A stretch of 64,000 nt of DNA from Octopus vulgaris (lineage: Eukaryota), in contig OX597816.1 of assembly GCA_951406725.2 (NCBI GenBank), forward strand, positions 180,172,001-180,236,000. The letters are read 5' to 3'. The notes beneath the pieces are model-generated. The model was given only the letters and a program-made list of their open reading frames with translations, was not told the origin of the DNA and searched no databases. The position numbers and the translations under genes are program-made. Within the stretch, counting starts at the first letter, position 1; the number at the start of each line of letters is the position of its first letter. Below, in pieces: positions 46,164 to 60,453 of this stretch.

Positions 46164-46195
46164 GGGATTTGGCAAGCAAGGATTTCAGTGCAAAG
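46164..46195 (+). CDS. 32-bp internal exon of a conventional protein kinase C (PKC-alpha/beta/Apl I-like), C1A domain
   Basis: tttgcag|GGGATTTGGCAAGCAAGGATTTCAGTGCAAAG|gtgagt has canonical splice sites. It reads (W)GFGKQGFQCK(V), matching the cPKC C1A motif FIWGFGKQGFQCxVC, with the short exon size and phase I recall for cPKC exon 2. Confidence 0.88.
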
Positions 46196-46743
46196 GTGAG
46201 TTTGGATTTCATTCTTTGTCTCTTTCACCCACCCACCCCAACTAGTTACCCACCGACTAACTACTCTAATTATAATCCCTTATAAGCGTGTTTGGCTTGT
46301 GGTACAAACATATTGAGTTTCACATCTTCTGTAAGAAACAGCAGGTGAGTTCCACCTACTGAGAAACAATGTTTCGTTCTGATCAAAGCAAATGATGATT
46401 GTTGGTAATTAGTGGCATTCATGCCTTACTGAAAATCCACTTAACACAGAGAGTGAGAGAGAGAGTGCAACCCTTCTCCTACAGATGTGTTTGAATCTTG
46501 GAATCTTGGGGAGCAGGCAGTTATTTGGTTTTGATTTTAGTTCTGGGATGTTAAGCAGATGTGAGATAATTCTTCTATCCAGCCTCAACTTTATTCCAGG
46601 TCTTTCTCAGGTAACATTCCCTTTATAATCTGATAATCTATTCCACCCTCACCCATCACCAACTGTGAAGTGACCTAAGGTTAGGTCGAATCAAGTATTT
46701 TGCACTGACGCTGACTGCATATTGAAATATCAGAACTACATTT

Positions 46744-46784
<41 letters not shown>

Positions 46785-46869
46785 TATAGAGAGAGAGGGT
46801 GGGGGGAGAGGTAGTTAGATACATACATAAATAACACACGCACACACTCACACTTACACATATATATAG

Positions 46870-47060
46870 GTAAATTAAAAACAAAAACAGGAAAACCAGC
46901 AAAAGTCAAAAGAACATACACAGTGTATATATATTTGATTGATGTTCAGAGAAAGGGAAAAAGAGGAGCGGTGGGACATTTCAAGTATGGCTCCTCGTCG
47001 GAAAGAGGACACAGGAAAATGTCCAGAGAGAAGGAAAAGAATAGTCTGAGAAATGCACAT
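46870..47060 (-). mobile_element. diverged short PLE-like element with decayed HHR (46973-47004)
   Basis: ttt-CCGACGA-ggagc-cat-actt-GAAAT-GTC. Confidence 0.45.
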
Positions 47061-47586
47061 GTGTTGTTACATATATATTATACACATAAATCATTTATGT
47101 ATACATATGCATATATATTTGTGTGTGTGTGTGTGTGTGTGTGAAATTATATAAGTTATATTCCATGGTGGACAAACTGTCCCTTCACCATGGAAATATT
47201 CCTGTTTTCCTAGTGTGTGAAAGATGGTCACTGCAGATGTCTAGTTTTCTCCATAATCACCGGCAAAGGTCTTGAAAGGATGTTCAGGGTTTAGCGATGG
47301 AGTGAAACATCCTTTCCCTGACCCAGCTCACTATGATGTTACCATAGCCCTATTGCCTCTCAACATATGCACACACACACACACACACACACATCATACT
47401 GTTTCATTGTCAGTTTCACAACATCATGTGTACCTTTCTACATATACTACAAATAAATATATGGTTGTAACTCGATTTAATTGTTTTCTTTCCCTTATTC
47501 ATTTTCTTCTACGTCCTTACCTAAAAGTAAATTAATAATAGAAATATTAAAATTACTAAGTCTCTCTAAAGGAGATTACGGCAGCG

Positions 47587-48069
47587 TTACTGGAAATTAA
47601 TAGTTATCGCCATACTAATATGGCAGTCTATAAATATAAGACTAAAGCTGTCGCTGATTAGCTCCAAGAAGCCACCGCCTCTAGCTAGCTATATGACACA
47701 CGAACCTGCATCCATTACAACCTTCGAACAGGGGTTTGAAATTTTAATATTTTTATTATTGAAAACAAGTGGATGTATTCCACTGTAACTAGGTAAATAA
47801 AATCTTTGAACAGACGGTCAGTAGCGACACCTGCTGGTTCTGACTTCGCTGCATTGATAAAGGGCAACAACCCTGAAACATGTCTGCAGATGTCTGGCTA
47901 GCAAGGTGAAGCGGCTGACCTCCCCTGTTCGAAGGTTGTAATGGATGCAGGTTCATGTGTCATATAGCTAGCTAGAGGTGATGGCATCTTGGAGCTAATC
48001 AGCGACAGCTTTAGTCTTATATTTATAGACTGCCATATTAGTATGGCGAGAACTATTAATATCCAGTAA
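47587..48069 (+). mobile_element. fold-back pLTR-like element with HHR in spacer (47849-47889)
   Basis: ~147-bp inverted arms 47587-47734 / 47922-48069; ctgca-TTGATAA-aggg-caacaa-ccct-GAAAC-AT-GTC-tgcag. Confidence 0.75.
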
Positions 48070-50694
48070 ATTAATAATTATATGAATATTTAGCTACTGT
48101 AGGAGACAGGCAGGCATATATTAAAAAGTTTGGACTATCACTAAACCAGACAGAACTAAACCAGCAATAAAATGAATGTCTGACAGACACATACGAGGCT
48201 GGATAGAGATAGCTAAATGGATAAACAAGCAGATGGACAGGTAAACATAAGGGCAGATATATGGGAGTTCAACTAAAAAGTATACAGCAAATGGTTAGAC
48301 TGAGAAGTAGTTAAATAAATTGACAGATATGGATTGACACCATTTGTCTCATTCTCTCTCTCTCCCTCATTCTCTCTCTCTCTCTCCCTCATTCTCTCAT
48401 CTTCTTTCACTCTTATTAACCTTTATTGCTTTGGATCATTCTCTCACATTTCTCTCTTCTGCCACTCTTGCTGTTTTTCTTTTCAACTTCCTTACCAATG
48501 ACCAAAATGTAACTGCCTATCTCTTCTTCCAGTACTATCTCCCTCCGTTACTCTCATCCCCTGACACTCTCTTTCTCCTATTATAGTGGTTCATCTTCCA
48601 CCTTTTCATCCACTCTCTCAATCACATTGCTTTGAATGGCTGGAAATATTTAGAGCTCTCTAGCCTTGCTTGGTATGAGGTAACTTCTCTGGTACTGGTA
48701 CCACAATAAAATGTGTCAAATGCCCTCTCTCAAAGGGTTGGTAAGCAGAAACAACATTGGGCAGAAAAGTCTCTTTAGTATTGCCAAAAACAAGAAAACC
48801 TTTTTATTACTGGTGCTATGATAAAATGTACTTAATACATTCTGTAAAAAGACTAGTCTTTGGAAAGTCTTCCAGCCAGAGAAACCATACCAAAGATAAA
48901 TGGAATGTGAAGGCAAGATTTGGTACTGAAACTAAGAGAGCGGTAACTGCAAATAAGAACTGATGACAAATCCAATCAAAGCCGCCATCATGGAAATCAT
49001 CATTGTTATTTTAATGTCCACATTTTCATGCTTCTGTGACTCATGCTAAATTCATGGAGACAGATTTTTTTTCTTGGCCAAACCACACCTGTTTTGAAAC
49101 CAGGTAAAATTTTCCCCTGGCTGGATATCTTTTAATGGAAGATTGGAGATGAATGACTTGTAAGATAGTGACACTCATTTACAACTATTGCATGATGTCA
49201 AGACAAAGAGATCCAAACATGCACACACATGCAGAGTAGTGGTATAATAACGAGGGTGCATGCAGTAGTATAATAAACCTGTAGGTAGATTACAAATAGG
49301 GAAATGATGTAATTTATCAGTTTATTCTACTGCTGCTGCTCTCTACCCTTTCTGTACTACCACACGGCACCTCTTCCTCCTTGGATCACTCCTTGGATCA
49401 CTCCTCCCCACCACTCAATTGATATTTAACTTCAATCACACAGCTACTCTTGTCCATTATTCACCTCTGCCCCCATCTCCAAGCATCTGCCACTTTGCTC
49501 TCACACTTATAAACTTACTCACTCTTCCCAATCCTCTTTCCATATTCTCTTTTATACTAAACATCTTTCAGTTTCCCTTCTTCTAGATCCACTTATAAGC
49601 TTTAGTCTGCCAAAAACTTTAGTTAGAGACACTTACTCAAAGTGCTGTGCAGTAGGACTGAACCCAAAACCACATGGTTGTAAAATGAACTTCTGAACCA
49701 CACAGCCATACCGGTGTCTATAAGTAGTTATAAAATGATAATGATGATGATGTATATAGAAAGATGTGTATATATTTCCTCATCTCAAAATTATGCTTGA
49801 CGAATGCATGGACATCACACTGCTCTACTTCATTTAATTGTGATGTTTTATACATTTTGTTAAGAAATATTTATTTAATTTCTTGGAAGATGCCTGCTAA
49901 GTTTCCAGCAGTTCTTAATTTAGCTTATGTTCAAGAGACATGTATTACCATCACTGACTCCCTCTTAGATGTTTAAATCATGGTTTTTATCATTTTGGGA
50001 GTGCAATTAGCTTGCATTGTTTCCATAGAAAGCATTGTTGTTAGAATTGATGCATTGCTAGAGACTGGATCTTTAGATGCACTTTCACAACATTCCTAGT
50101 TTTAATGTCTATTAATTAACAACACTGCCAATGACTTCTTTTAATTATATTTGTTGTTTAGCCTCCTGTCAGACTTGATTTGGGAAACCTATGATCAAAT
50201 GGGGTTCCCTTAACTCAGAAGCGAGAAATCATTTGCCCACTGGCAAAATTTCACTCTCTTGACTGTAAAACCATTTGCTGTGAAAGTTTCTAAAAGCACA
50301 CATGAAAAGAATAGTTTAAATCTTAACCCAAATCAGTAATTTATAAGTTCTATACCTAATGAATTTGTAAAATTAGATTCATTATTTTTCTCAGCATGTA
50401 TGAACTCAACCAGCTTTTTGTGCAATTGCAATTAACCCTTGTTTCAAAAATGTCCTCACCTCTACAACTATTCAATCCATAGAACAAAAAATTAAGAAAT
50501 TGTAGTGTGTGCATATGTGTGTGTGTGTGTGTGTGTGTGTCTATGTGTTTAAACAAGGTTGTTATTTCAGAACTGCCTAACAATACATATGGAACATTTA
50601 CTGAGAAAAGAATCAAATTTATTGAAGAAGTCAAGTTGACTGGGACTTGAAGTTTCACTTATTGACTACTATCCGTTGGTGTTAGGAAGTGCAC

Positions 50695-50843
50695 TTGGCG
50701 TTAGGAAGGGCATCCAGCCGTAGAAACATTGCCAGATCAGACTGGGCCTGGGGTAGCCTTCTGGCTTCCCAGACCCCAGTTGAACCGTCCAACCCATGCT
50801 AGCATGGAAAGCGGACGCTAAACGATGATGATGATGATGATGA
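50695..50843 (+). mobile_element. 3' part of (GAT)n-tailed SINE
   Basis: near-identical to 41838-41978. Confidence 0.8.
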
Positions 50844-52807
50844 TCACCACTGCAGCCACAACTATCACACTATGTATATGTAGATATCTACCTAACTATC
50901 TATCTGTCTGTCTATTCATTCATCCATTCATGGGTGACAGGAAGGGCATCTGGCCATAGACAGTCTACCTCAATAGCATGGAAAAGTGGATGTTAAAATG
51001 ATCATGATGATAAAGTTATTTGATCGACTGTTGTGAATGGAACATCCGAGAAACAAACAGAAATTAAGGAAGTTAAAGATTGAATAGTCAAACAAAATAA
51101 TCTTATAGTTATTTCTTGTCAAAAACTAATATTTGTCTTACAACTAAATTATAGAATCAAACATAATAAGTCTATGGTTTGTCAAGACATAAAAATTAGT
51201 CTTACTATATTTAGAAATACTTGTGTAAGTTACCTTAAACAATTCTTGAAGATATATTGGGAGAAAAACATAAATAAATGAAGCAGGAATAAAAATATTG
51301 AGTATGAATTCAAAAGACAAACTGAAATACAATATATACTTGGTTTGAATAAAAAGGAAAAATAATAAGTGGCTAAGTATAATATTGGTTAAAATTTAAT
51401 GAAAACAAGTGAACGTGAATTAAATTAAGATGTAATGTAAAAAAAATTATAAATACAAGATACTAGTAAAGACACGTTGTTGAAATAAAAATTGAAACCT
51501 GATATTACATCATCATCATCATCATTTAGTATCTGTTTTCCATGCTGGCATGGGTTGAGTGGTTCAACAGAAGATGGTGGGCCAAAGGACTGCACCAAGC
51601 TCAAATGTCTGCTTTGGCATGGTTTCTACAGCTGGATGCCCTTCTTAATGCCTACAATTTTATAGAGTGTACTGGATGCTTTTTACATGGTACCAACACT
51701 AGTGAGTTACCAAGTGACTCCCAAGACCTGACCCCTCAATTGAGTTGGGGGTGGATAGTATCAAGAAAGGTGGCGTTATGCTAGGTGATGGAATGATAGG
51801 GGGACAGGAACTGGTGTCTTGCTGTAGGGTTGATACATGGTTACCTCTTCAAGCACACACACACACAAGCACTCGTACATATATTGTCTTTAAAATGTAA
51901 CATCTTTTAAAATAGTTAGAATTTTTATATATTACTTTAATAACAATGCAATCTTATGATGACAGCTCTCAGAGTGACCTTACTTGAATGAAGTTTAAGA
52001 TATTTAGAGTATCTCCACAGGAACTTGAAATGTTAAATGTGAACTCGAAACAACCATTTTTACACGTATTTCTTGCATGATTTCTTTAAAGAAAATCATA
52101 AAGACAGGCCTTTTCTTCATTACTTTCATGTAACATTTCCAAATTATTTGAACAACAGAGAAAATGGGTTTCGATTACCAGCTGAATAATCAAAAACATG
52201 AAACTCGGAGTACTGGAATTATCAGCCTTTCAAGTTATAATGCATTAAAGAGTATTTTACATTTGCATACTGATTTATGTAATTTATCTCTTCTCCAAAT
52301 CTATACAAATGTGTGTGTGTATTTTCACACCTTGTATTCAAAGTATTGTATCAAAATATCTAAGAATTTTATAACCAGTAACTGTGAGTCGAATTTATAT
52401 AATTTAGTTAAGTGTAGCTAATATGAAAATAAATATTAAGAAGCATTGAAAGTCAAGGAAAAAAGAACAACGAAAATTGTTTAATTACCATTAATTAAAT
52501 AAGTTTGAGAAATGTCACTGATGGTGTACTTATAAACGATAGTAAAAAAATTATATAATTAAGTTTTATTATATGAAATATAAAAATTAGGAGGAAAAGC
52601 TGTCAACATCATCTCTTGTACACACAGAGCCTAGTTATTAATGCAAGATAGTGAAGAATTAAACAATCAATAGGTAAATAGTTTTTGGGTAGACCCACCT
52701 TCATAGTAAATTATATAAAATCAACATTCTAACAATGCAGTAATAAAGATAGGAAGAGAAATGAAAGAGCAGTACATACAAATGTATATATACATGTTGG
52801 ACATAGG

Positions 52808-53130
52808 GCCCTCTGTTGGTTACAATGACAAGGGTTCCAGTTGATCCGATCAATGGAACAGCCTGCTCATGAAATTAACATGCAAATGGCTGAGCACTCC
52901 ACAGACATGTGTACCCCTAATGTAGTTCTCAGGGAGATTCGGTGTGACACAGAATGTGCCAAGGCCAGCCCTTTGAAATACAGGTGCTACTAATTTTTAC
53001 CAGCCAAGTGGACTGGAGCAACATGAAATAAAGTGTCTTGCTCAAAGACACAATGCGTTGCCGGGAATTGAACTCACAACCTTATGATCATGAGCCGAAC
53101 GCCCTAACCACTAAGCCATGTGCCTTCACT
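52808..53130 (-). mobile_element. tRNA-derived SINE
   Basis: rc head gtgaaggcacatggcttagtggttaggg..gagttcaattccc. Confidence 0.75.
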
Positions 53131-55964
53131 ATTATGATGGAAGCTTGGCAGGATTTACACGACTTCATTTTAGCAAATAGCAAACATTTAAAGAAACAAA
53201 AAAAGAAAGCATTGATATAATGATAAAATAATATTGGAAGAAGGCTTCTGAAACTTAAAAGAAAAAGTATATTTGGTAGTGAACTAAAAATGTAAATGTA
53301 TCAAAATTGGTTCAAGTAGGTGAAACAACAGGTAGCTATTCAATAGTCAGATAAGAAACATGTTCAACATGGTAGAAATATAATATTTATTAGTAGGTGG
53401 AGCTACATGTATTTATATGATTGTTAGCTAAGCAAGATGTAGAACATGATAAGCATCAGTTTGCACACACAAATTATAACAGAACATAAAAACTGTGACC
53501 ATTGGGACTTGTAATATAGGTATAGCTAAGGACACAAACATATATAAATCTTCAAACTTTATTGTTGAGTAAAAGTTCATAACTCTCAGAAAATATGCTA
53601 ACAGTTGTAGAGAAAATAGCAAACAAAGATAAACTTGATTTTGGAAGAAAGCAATTTACGCAGCTTGATGTTTATGAGATTGGTGATTGTAAGAATGTTT
53701 AGGAATTTTTATGGTTGTATGATATTATTTTCTTTTGGGCGGTGGGGATTTATTGAGTAGGGCATCTTTGGTAAAGAATATTTCAGATACCTCAGCTGTA
53801 CAAAATGTTAAAAGATTTTTTGTTTCCTGTGTATAGATGTATGGTTTTGCCTTTTTTAAATAATTCTTTTTCAGCTCAAAGGGTATATTTTGGTCCTATA
53901 ACTTCCTTATAAATCTAGACTATGAAGCACTGTTTCTTTCAGGATTACAAATGAAATCAGCATGACAATTATAGCTTATTTTAAACTTATTACAAATAAT
54001 TCCAATGTAACCTTTTTTTTTTTAATATTGGCCCATATCTGTCTAAAGAGACTACCTGCATTATACTATCACATGATATGAATAACTATGAGTGTGACAA
54101 ATGATTGTTGAATCCTCATGTCAAGTTGATGTCTTCCACTTCTGCCTTTTTAGTGTCTGAAACCCACTATGACCATTATCCTCTTTTTTCATCCATGCCT
54201 GCATAGTATATCTTCAGGGTGTATGGATTGATGCTATGTCCTCTTATGATTTTATTTCCATGTACCCTTGACTAATGTACCCCTTTTGTGTGCATCCATA
54301 TATCTTATGTAGATCTGAGTTTCTACATAAGACACAATCTGCACTCAAGCTAGTAGTACAGTAGTTCCTGAGGTTCAATTTTGGTTGTTAAATTTAGTTT
54401 CTTGAATGTTCCACACACTGCTATTATCAAAGAATTTCTTCCTGTGATATTAACCATAATTTTTTTTCGTATCAAATATGATAGCCTTTTGAATAGCTCC
54501 TTCTCATGTAGCTCTCTTTTCCAAATGATATATTTTATATTTATTTTTATATTTCTGTCCATTTTCCTGGATAAATCTTTAATTCCTATATTTTTTTTGT
54601 GCTGTATTCCTCCTATTGTTGTTTTTATAATTTCAACCATAAATAAATGTTGTTGATTTTCAATATCTATTTCTGACTAGTGGCATGTTATGATGTGCAT
54701 TAAAATAAATTCTCATAAGGTCATTTTTGTAAGATCTCCTATGAAATATATGCCCTTGTCAACATTTTACACTTTAGGTACTATTTCTCCATTCAGATAT
54801 GGCAAATGCTTACTGTAGAAGGACTCATCTGATTAGTGGGTAACAGTGTAGAGTATATATATGTGCTGGAAAATGCCACACATAACTAAAGTTAGGGCTG
54901 AGTAGCATGTTTCACAATCCATACTTGTATCCAGTGTGGTTAAGCAAGAAACATCAAACCATGGGATAGCCTAGTGTGCAGAAGACGAAACACATAATAG
55001 TATTAATGAAATACAGACAACATGTTTGGTATTTTAAGCAAGGCTATCCTTGTGGTTTTCATACCTCTAATATGATTTAGTTAAACCTACTTGTACACCC
55101 CTGTCTATATACTTGATGATGATACACATATAAATATATAAAGATGTATACATACATATATATATATAATAATAATAATAATAATGAAAGTGGCTTCTTC
55201 ACAATTTACAACTGAAAAGCAGAAATATAGATGTCACTAATATATATGCATAAGCATTATGACTAACAAAGAAAGTGTAGGTTGTTGGATCCTCATATGA
55301 TGAAACCAAAAGAAGAGTCTATCTCTGCATATGTGGTGTGCGTATGTATGTTTATACACACTTACACAGAACCATACTTACACACACACACACACACATT
55401 GTAAGTGTAGGGGGAAATCTTTGTTTGATTGAGCCAGTCTGTTAGAACACAGCCAGACTTGTTTGTTCAACACATGCTGACAGTGATTCAGTTTCATTAA
55501 AGATAAATGAGTTTTCACTATTTTACAAGATCATTGACCGATGGTCAGTGACTTTGTCAGGATAAAAATAGAGCACTTCCATATCTCCCGCCTCTGTCAC
55601 AATGGTTGATGTTTTTTTTTAATCTAGTTTCAAAACATCATGTATATGTGTCCATGTGTGTGTAAGAGATAGAGAAGGAGAAAGAGACACTGTATTAGAC
55701 TGCATTTGTAAATCAGTTGAAATTATTGTTGTTATATTATCTTTTATCTTTCACTTGTTGCAGTCATTTGACTGCAGCCATGCTGGGGCAGTGCTTTGAA
55801 GGGTTTTAGTTGAACAAATCAACCCTCCCCACTAGTACTTATTCTATCTGTCTCTTACCAAATTGCTAAGGTACAGGGACATAAACATACAACACAAGTT
55901 GTCAAGCAGTGGTGTGGGGCAAACACACACATAAAAGACATACTCACACACTCACACACACATA

Positions 55965-58127
55965 TATAAATCTTCTGTCTGTCTGTGTGTTTCCTCTATG
56001 CACAGCCAAACCACTGGATCAGTCTGTACCAAATTTGACATGAAGGTTTTTCATTACTCAGGGAAAGTTCTAGTGGGGCTCAAATTTTGACCCTTGCCCA
56101 TATAGGGGGCTGTAGCCCACCTATACAATGCTTCCAATTTTTTCTTTTTTGCATTGTTATAATACCAAATTTGGCATGAAGGTTTTCTACTACTCAGAGA
56201 TGGTTGTTGGGGTGTCAAATTTTGGCCCTTCTCCATATAGGGGCTGTAGCACACCCTATATGACACTTCTGATATTTTTTCAGTGGTATAATAGTTTCAC
56301 TTTTCATAACGCTAGTTTCACTTTTATTGTTTCACCTTTATTCTTACTCTGTGTGTGTGTGTGTTTCCTCTATACACAGCCAAACTGCTGGATCAATCTG
56401 TACCAGATCTGGCTGTCTGGAAAGTATGTTGGTTTTGTTTTTTCGCTTTAAAGGTAAATGATTCTGAAACATTTTTTAATTGTGATAATGAAACGAGATT
56501 TAAAGGAAAAAAAAACAGTAAGGTTTCTAAATAACGAAAGGTCTTCATATGGACACACACTTATACACTGTAGGATCATCATCATCATCATTTCATTTAG
56601 CATCCGCTTTCCATGCTAGCATGGGTTGGACGGTTCAACTGGGGACTGTGAAGCCGGAAGGCTGCATCAGGCCCAGTCTGATCTGGCAGTGTTTCTAATC
56701 TTTCAATTTATTCAATAAACTTTATAAATTTTAAAGTTCAATATTCCTGTGTCATAAGTTAGAGATATTGACATGAGTTATTCAAATAATTGTTTGTAGC
56801 CCCTCTATACAACGCTTCCGATTTTTTTTTTCTTTGCTGCAGTATAATAGTTTCACTTTCCATAACACTGTAATTTCACTTTTATTCTTACTGTCTGTGT
56901 GTGAGTATGGTGTGTGTGTTTCATCTATGCATGGCCAAACTACTGGATCAATCTGTACCAAAATTTGGCTGCCTGGGAATTATATCAGTTTTGTTTTTTC
57001 GCTTTGAATGTAAATGATTTTGAAATGCTTTTAAGTGTGATAATGAAACAAGAGATTTAACGAAAAAGAAACAGTCAGGTTTTTAAATAACGAAAGGTCT
57101 TCATACAGACACACACTTATACACTGTAGGATATCTTTCAATTTATATGATAAACTTTATAAGTTTTAAAGTTCAATATTCCTGTGACCTAAGTTAGAGA
57201 TATTGACATGAGTTATTCAAATAATTGTTCGTGGAATGGACCTAATAAAATTAGCCAGAGTACACTTGATATTTCATATTGAAATCCGATGTTACTATTT
57301 CTACTTGGATATTGGTCCTACCTCTGATTCAAAATCAAATCTACAATTTCCCCCTACCCACACGGCCTATTGGCATGGCCAAACTACTGGATCAATCTGT
57401 ACCAAATTTGGCATGAAGGTTTTTCATTACGTGGGAAAGGTTCTAGGGGATGCCACTAAAGTTTTAGCTTTTTTTCAAAAACAGAAATATGTTTTACATA
57501 CTTGTCGTATACATCGGTAAACAATTCTGATAGAAGCAAACACGATATTGAATAATTCTCCATCATACGTCTACGACCTCCACCTCTTCTTCTTTAAAGT
57601 AAAGATAATCATTTTTTAATTGTGATAATGAAGCATTAGGTTTAGTCCTTACTGCCAAAATTCATTTCTCTTGGGAAATATAAGGGTGATTATATCTTCA
57701 TTCTACAGATCCCATTAATCCCATCTGACATCACCTGTAAATTGAAACAGCTCCAGTTCCCACCCAGTGAAACTAAGTTTTGCTACGTCCATAAACAAAT
57801 CTCAAGCCCAATCTCTCAATGCTGTTGGGCTTAACCTTGCTTCTCCTTGCTTCTCTCATGGACAATTATATGGTGGATGTTCACCAGTAGGAAGTCCCAA
57901 AACTCTTTTACTTTGTACTCCAATTACAGGACACACTGAAAACATTGTATATTTAGAAGTTCTTCAAAATTAAACTGTGATTGATTTCAGGATTTGTTTT
58001 GATAACTTTGTTTATACTCATGTCATATGATAGAACTTTTCTGAAAATATCTTTTTTATTGGAATAAATATATTTATTTCCTTTAATATTCTTTAAACTT
58101 CTGAGCAATGCTGAGTACTTAAGCTAG
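55965..58127 (+). mobile_element. Helitron derivative with internal duplications and helicase C-terminal remnant
   Basis: ORF 57767-57973 KLSFATSINKSQAQSL..FSHGQLYGGCS; decayed hairpin plus CTAG|T at 58124-58127; repeated gccaaac..ctggatcaatctgtaccaaa modules. Confidence 0.75.
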
Positions 58128-58145
58128 TATATATATATATATTTA

Positions 58146-58194
<49 letters not shown>

Positions 58195-58196
<2 letters not shown>

Positions 58197-58352
58197 GGGT
58201 TCTTTCAGTTTCCTGTCTACTAAATCCACTCACAAGGCTTTGGTCGGCCCAAGGCTATAGTAGGAGACACTTGCCCAAGGTGCCACGCAGTGAGAATGAA
58301 CCTGGAACTATGTGGTTACGAAGCAAACTTCTTATCACACAGCCACACCTGT
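58195..58352 (-). mobile_element. SINE head (main family)
   Basis: homology. Confidence 0.75.
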
Positions 58353-58546
58353 CTCTTCTAAATTACTCAATACAAGGTTGTCTTTGATTAGGCAGAAGAG
58401 TAATACTTAAGTAACTTGACCTCAGAATATTTGCTGAACAAGAATAAATGAAAGTGTCAATCCTCAACAGGCTTTGAGCTTAGCAAGGAATCTCTTGTAT
58501 TTGATAACTATAATGTAGAATAAACAGTTAATGTGTAACTGAACAT

Positions 58547-59060
58547 TCATCATCATCATCATCGTCGTTTAACGTCCGTTCTCCATGCTAGCATGGGTTG
58601 GACGGTTCGACCAGGGATCTGGGAAGCCAGAAGGCTGCACCAGGCTCCAGTCTAAATTTGGCAATGTTTCTACAGCTGGATGCCCTTCCTAACGCCAACC
58701 ACTCCGTGAGTGTAGTGGGTGCTTTTTACGTGCCACCTGCACAGGTGCCAGGCGGGGCTGGCAACGGCCACGGTCAGATTGGTGTATTTTATGTGCCACC
58801 GGCACGGAAGCCAGTCGAGGCGGTGCTGGCATCGGCCACGAGTCGGATAGCGCTTTTTACGTACCACCAGACCAGGGATCCTGGCTGGTTCAATTCGATT
58901 TCGATTTCGCTTGCCCCAACATGTCTTCACAAGCAAAGGGGGTTGGCAAGGGTGCCTGTCGTACGGTCGCATTGGAGTATTTTACGTGCCACGGCCACGA
59001 GTCGGATAGTGCTTTTTACGTACCATCAGACCAGGGATCCTGGCTGGTTCAATTCGATCA
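58547..59060 (-). mobile_element. (GAT)n-tailed SINE with internal 65-bp duplication
   Basis: 58833-58899 repeated at 58993-59058. Confidence 0.8.
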
Positions 59061-59520
59061 AAACTCCAACATCATGTGATCAAGACTGAGACAGACCAAT
59101 AACTGATGGACTTTCCTCTGAGACTGAACTGGATTGATCTGATGCATTTTTTTTTTTTTTTTGGTGGTGGGTGAACTGATTTATAGTTGGTAGTATTAGA
59201 TTAATCTGATATTTATTCTTCATAGCTTGGGGAACTGACCAGCAGACTGTGGTCAGAGAGTGAATTAGTTTGATCTGTTAAATTATAACAACTAGGTAAA
59301 CTAATATAATATTGAATAAAGCATTTTGTTCAGAAAGAGAGGAACTTCAGGAACAGATTTGAACCCATGACACATAAACAGATGGTTGGAGGATTTTACC
59401 CATTGGGCCATCTCACCTCATCAAACAGAACTATTGCTACTATTTTCACTATTACCAGTTCCATACTTCAGTGATCATTATTATAACTAATACTTTCTCT
59501 GTTACCAATACTATTACAAA

Positions 59521-59903
59521 TCTCTCTCTATATAAACGGCAGTTTGTCTGTGCGTGTTTCTGTGTGTCTGTTTGGTTGTACCCTCACCCTGACCACGGCT
59601 TTCAACCGATTCTGATGAAACTTGACACACCATAGCCCAATGTCATAATTCAAAACTAACGCAGCGAAAATTTTGAAAAGTTCCCCCAGTTCTGAAAAAA
59701 ATCGATAAATTCGACATGGGGTCGAGAATCAGAAACACAAACCGCAAACTGTCTAGGGGACGCAACTCCACCTTTTTTTACTCTCAAAAAAAATTTACCA
59801 TCATTTTTTTCCATTTTTTGGCTATTTTTTGGCTATAACTCTCTAAAAATGCTTTATAGTTATTTCCCTTACAAACCTGAGCAACGCCGGGCGATACTGC
59901 TAG
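59521..59903 (+). mobile_element. non-autonomous Helitron
   Basis: A|TC start, hairpin plus CTAG|T end. Confidence 0.85.
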
Positions 59904-60453
59904 TAGATAATAAATATATAAATTGGTTATGGCATGGATCAACAATTTCTAATTTTAAATGGCTCGTTTTGATTTTTGCCCATTTTTCAGTGGTCTACAA
60001 ACTCTGTATTATGTAGCTTTTGCGCATCAAACAAAAATCCCCACACATGCCCTCATTTCCATCACTAGCAGTCCTTATTTATATCAGAAAAAAATAGCCA
60101 ACAAATGTATTTAATTTGAATAAGTTTTAGAGGTGGTCCAAAAGCCACAGAGATCATCACTGTAGCCCCATCACTGTGCACCATAACATAGTTGTTGCCA
60201 CTACCTGGGCTACACCTTGAGATACTCTATAAACCATACATTTCAATCCTTCTATGTTTCTGCTCTCTTTCCATATGCATAAGCATATACGCTGCAGTGT
60301 TAGAGATAACTTGGTGAGATTAGTGCAGTTAAGGTTCAAGATGGGCTGTTGAAATTTAAGGGTTGAAGGACAATTTTGGCCTCAGTACATAAACAGTGTG
60401 TTGAGGATTTTTAAAATACTATTTAAAGACTTTAAAAAATCTCTACAAATATG

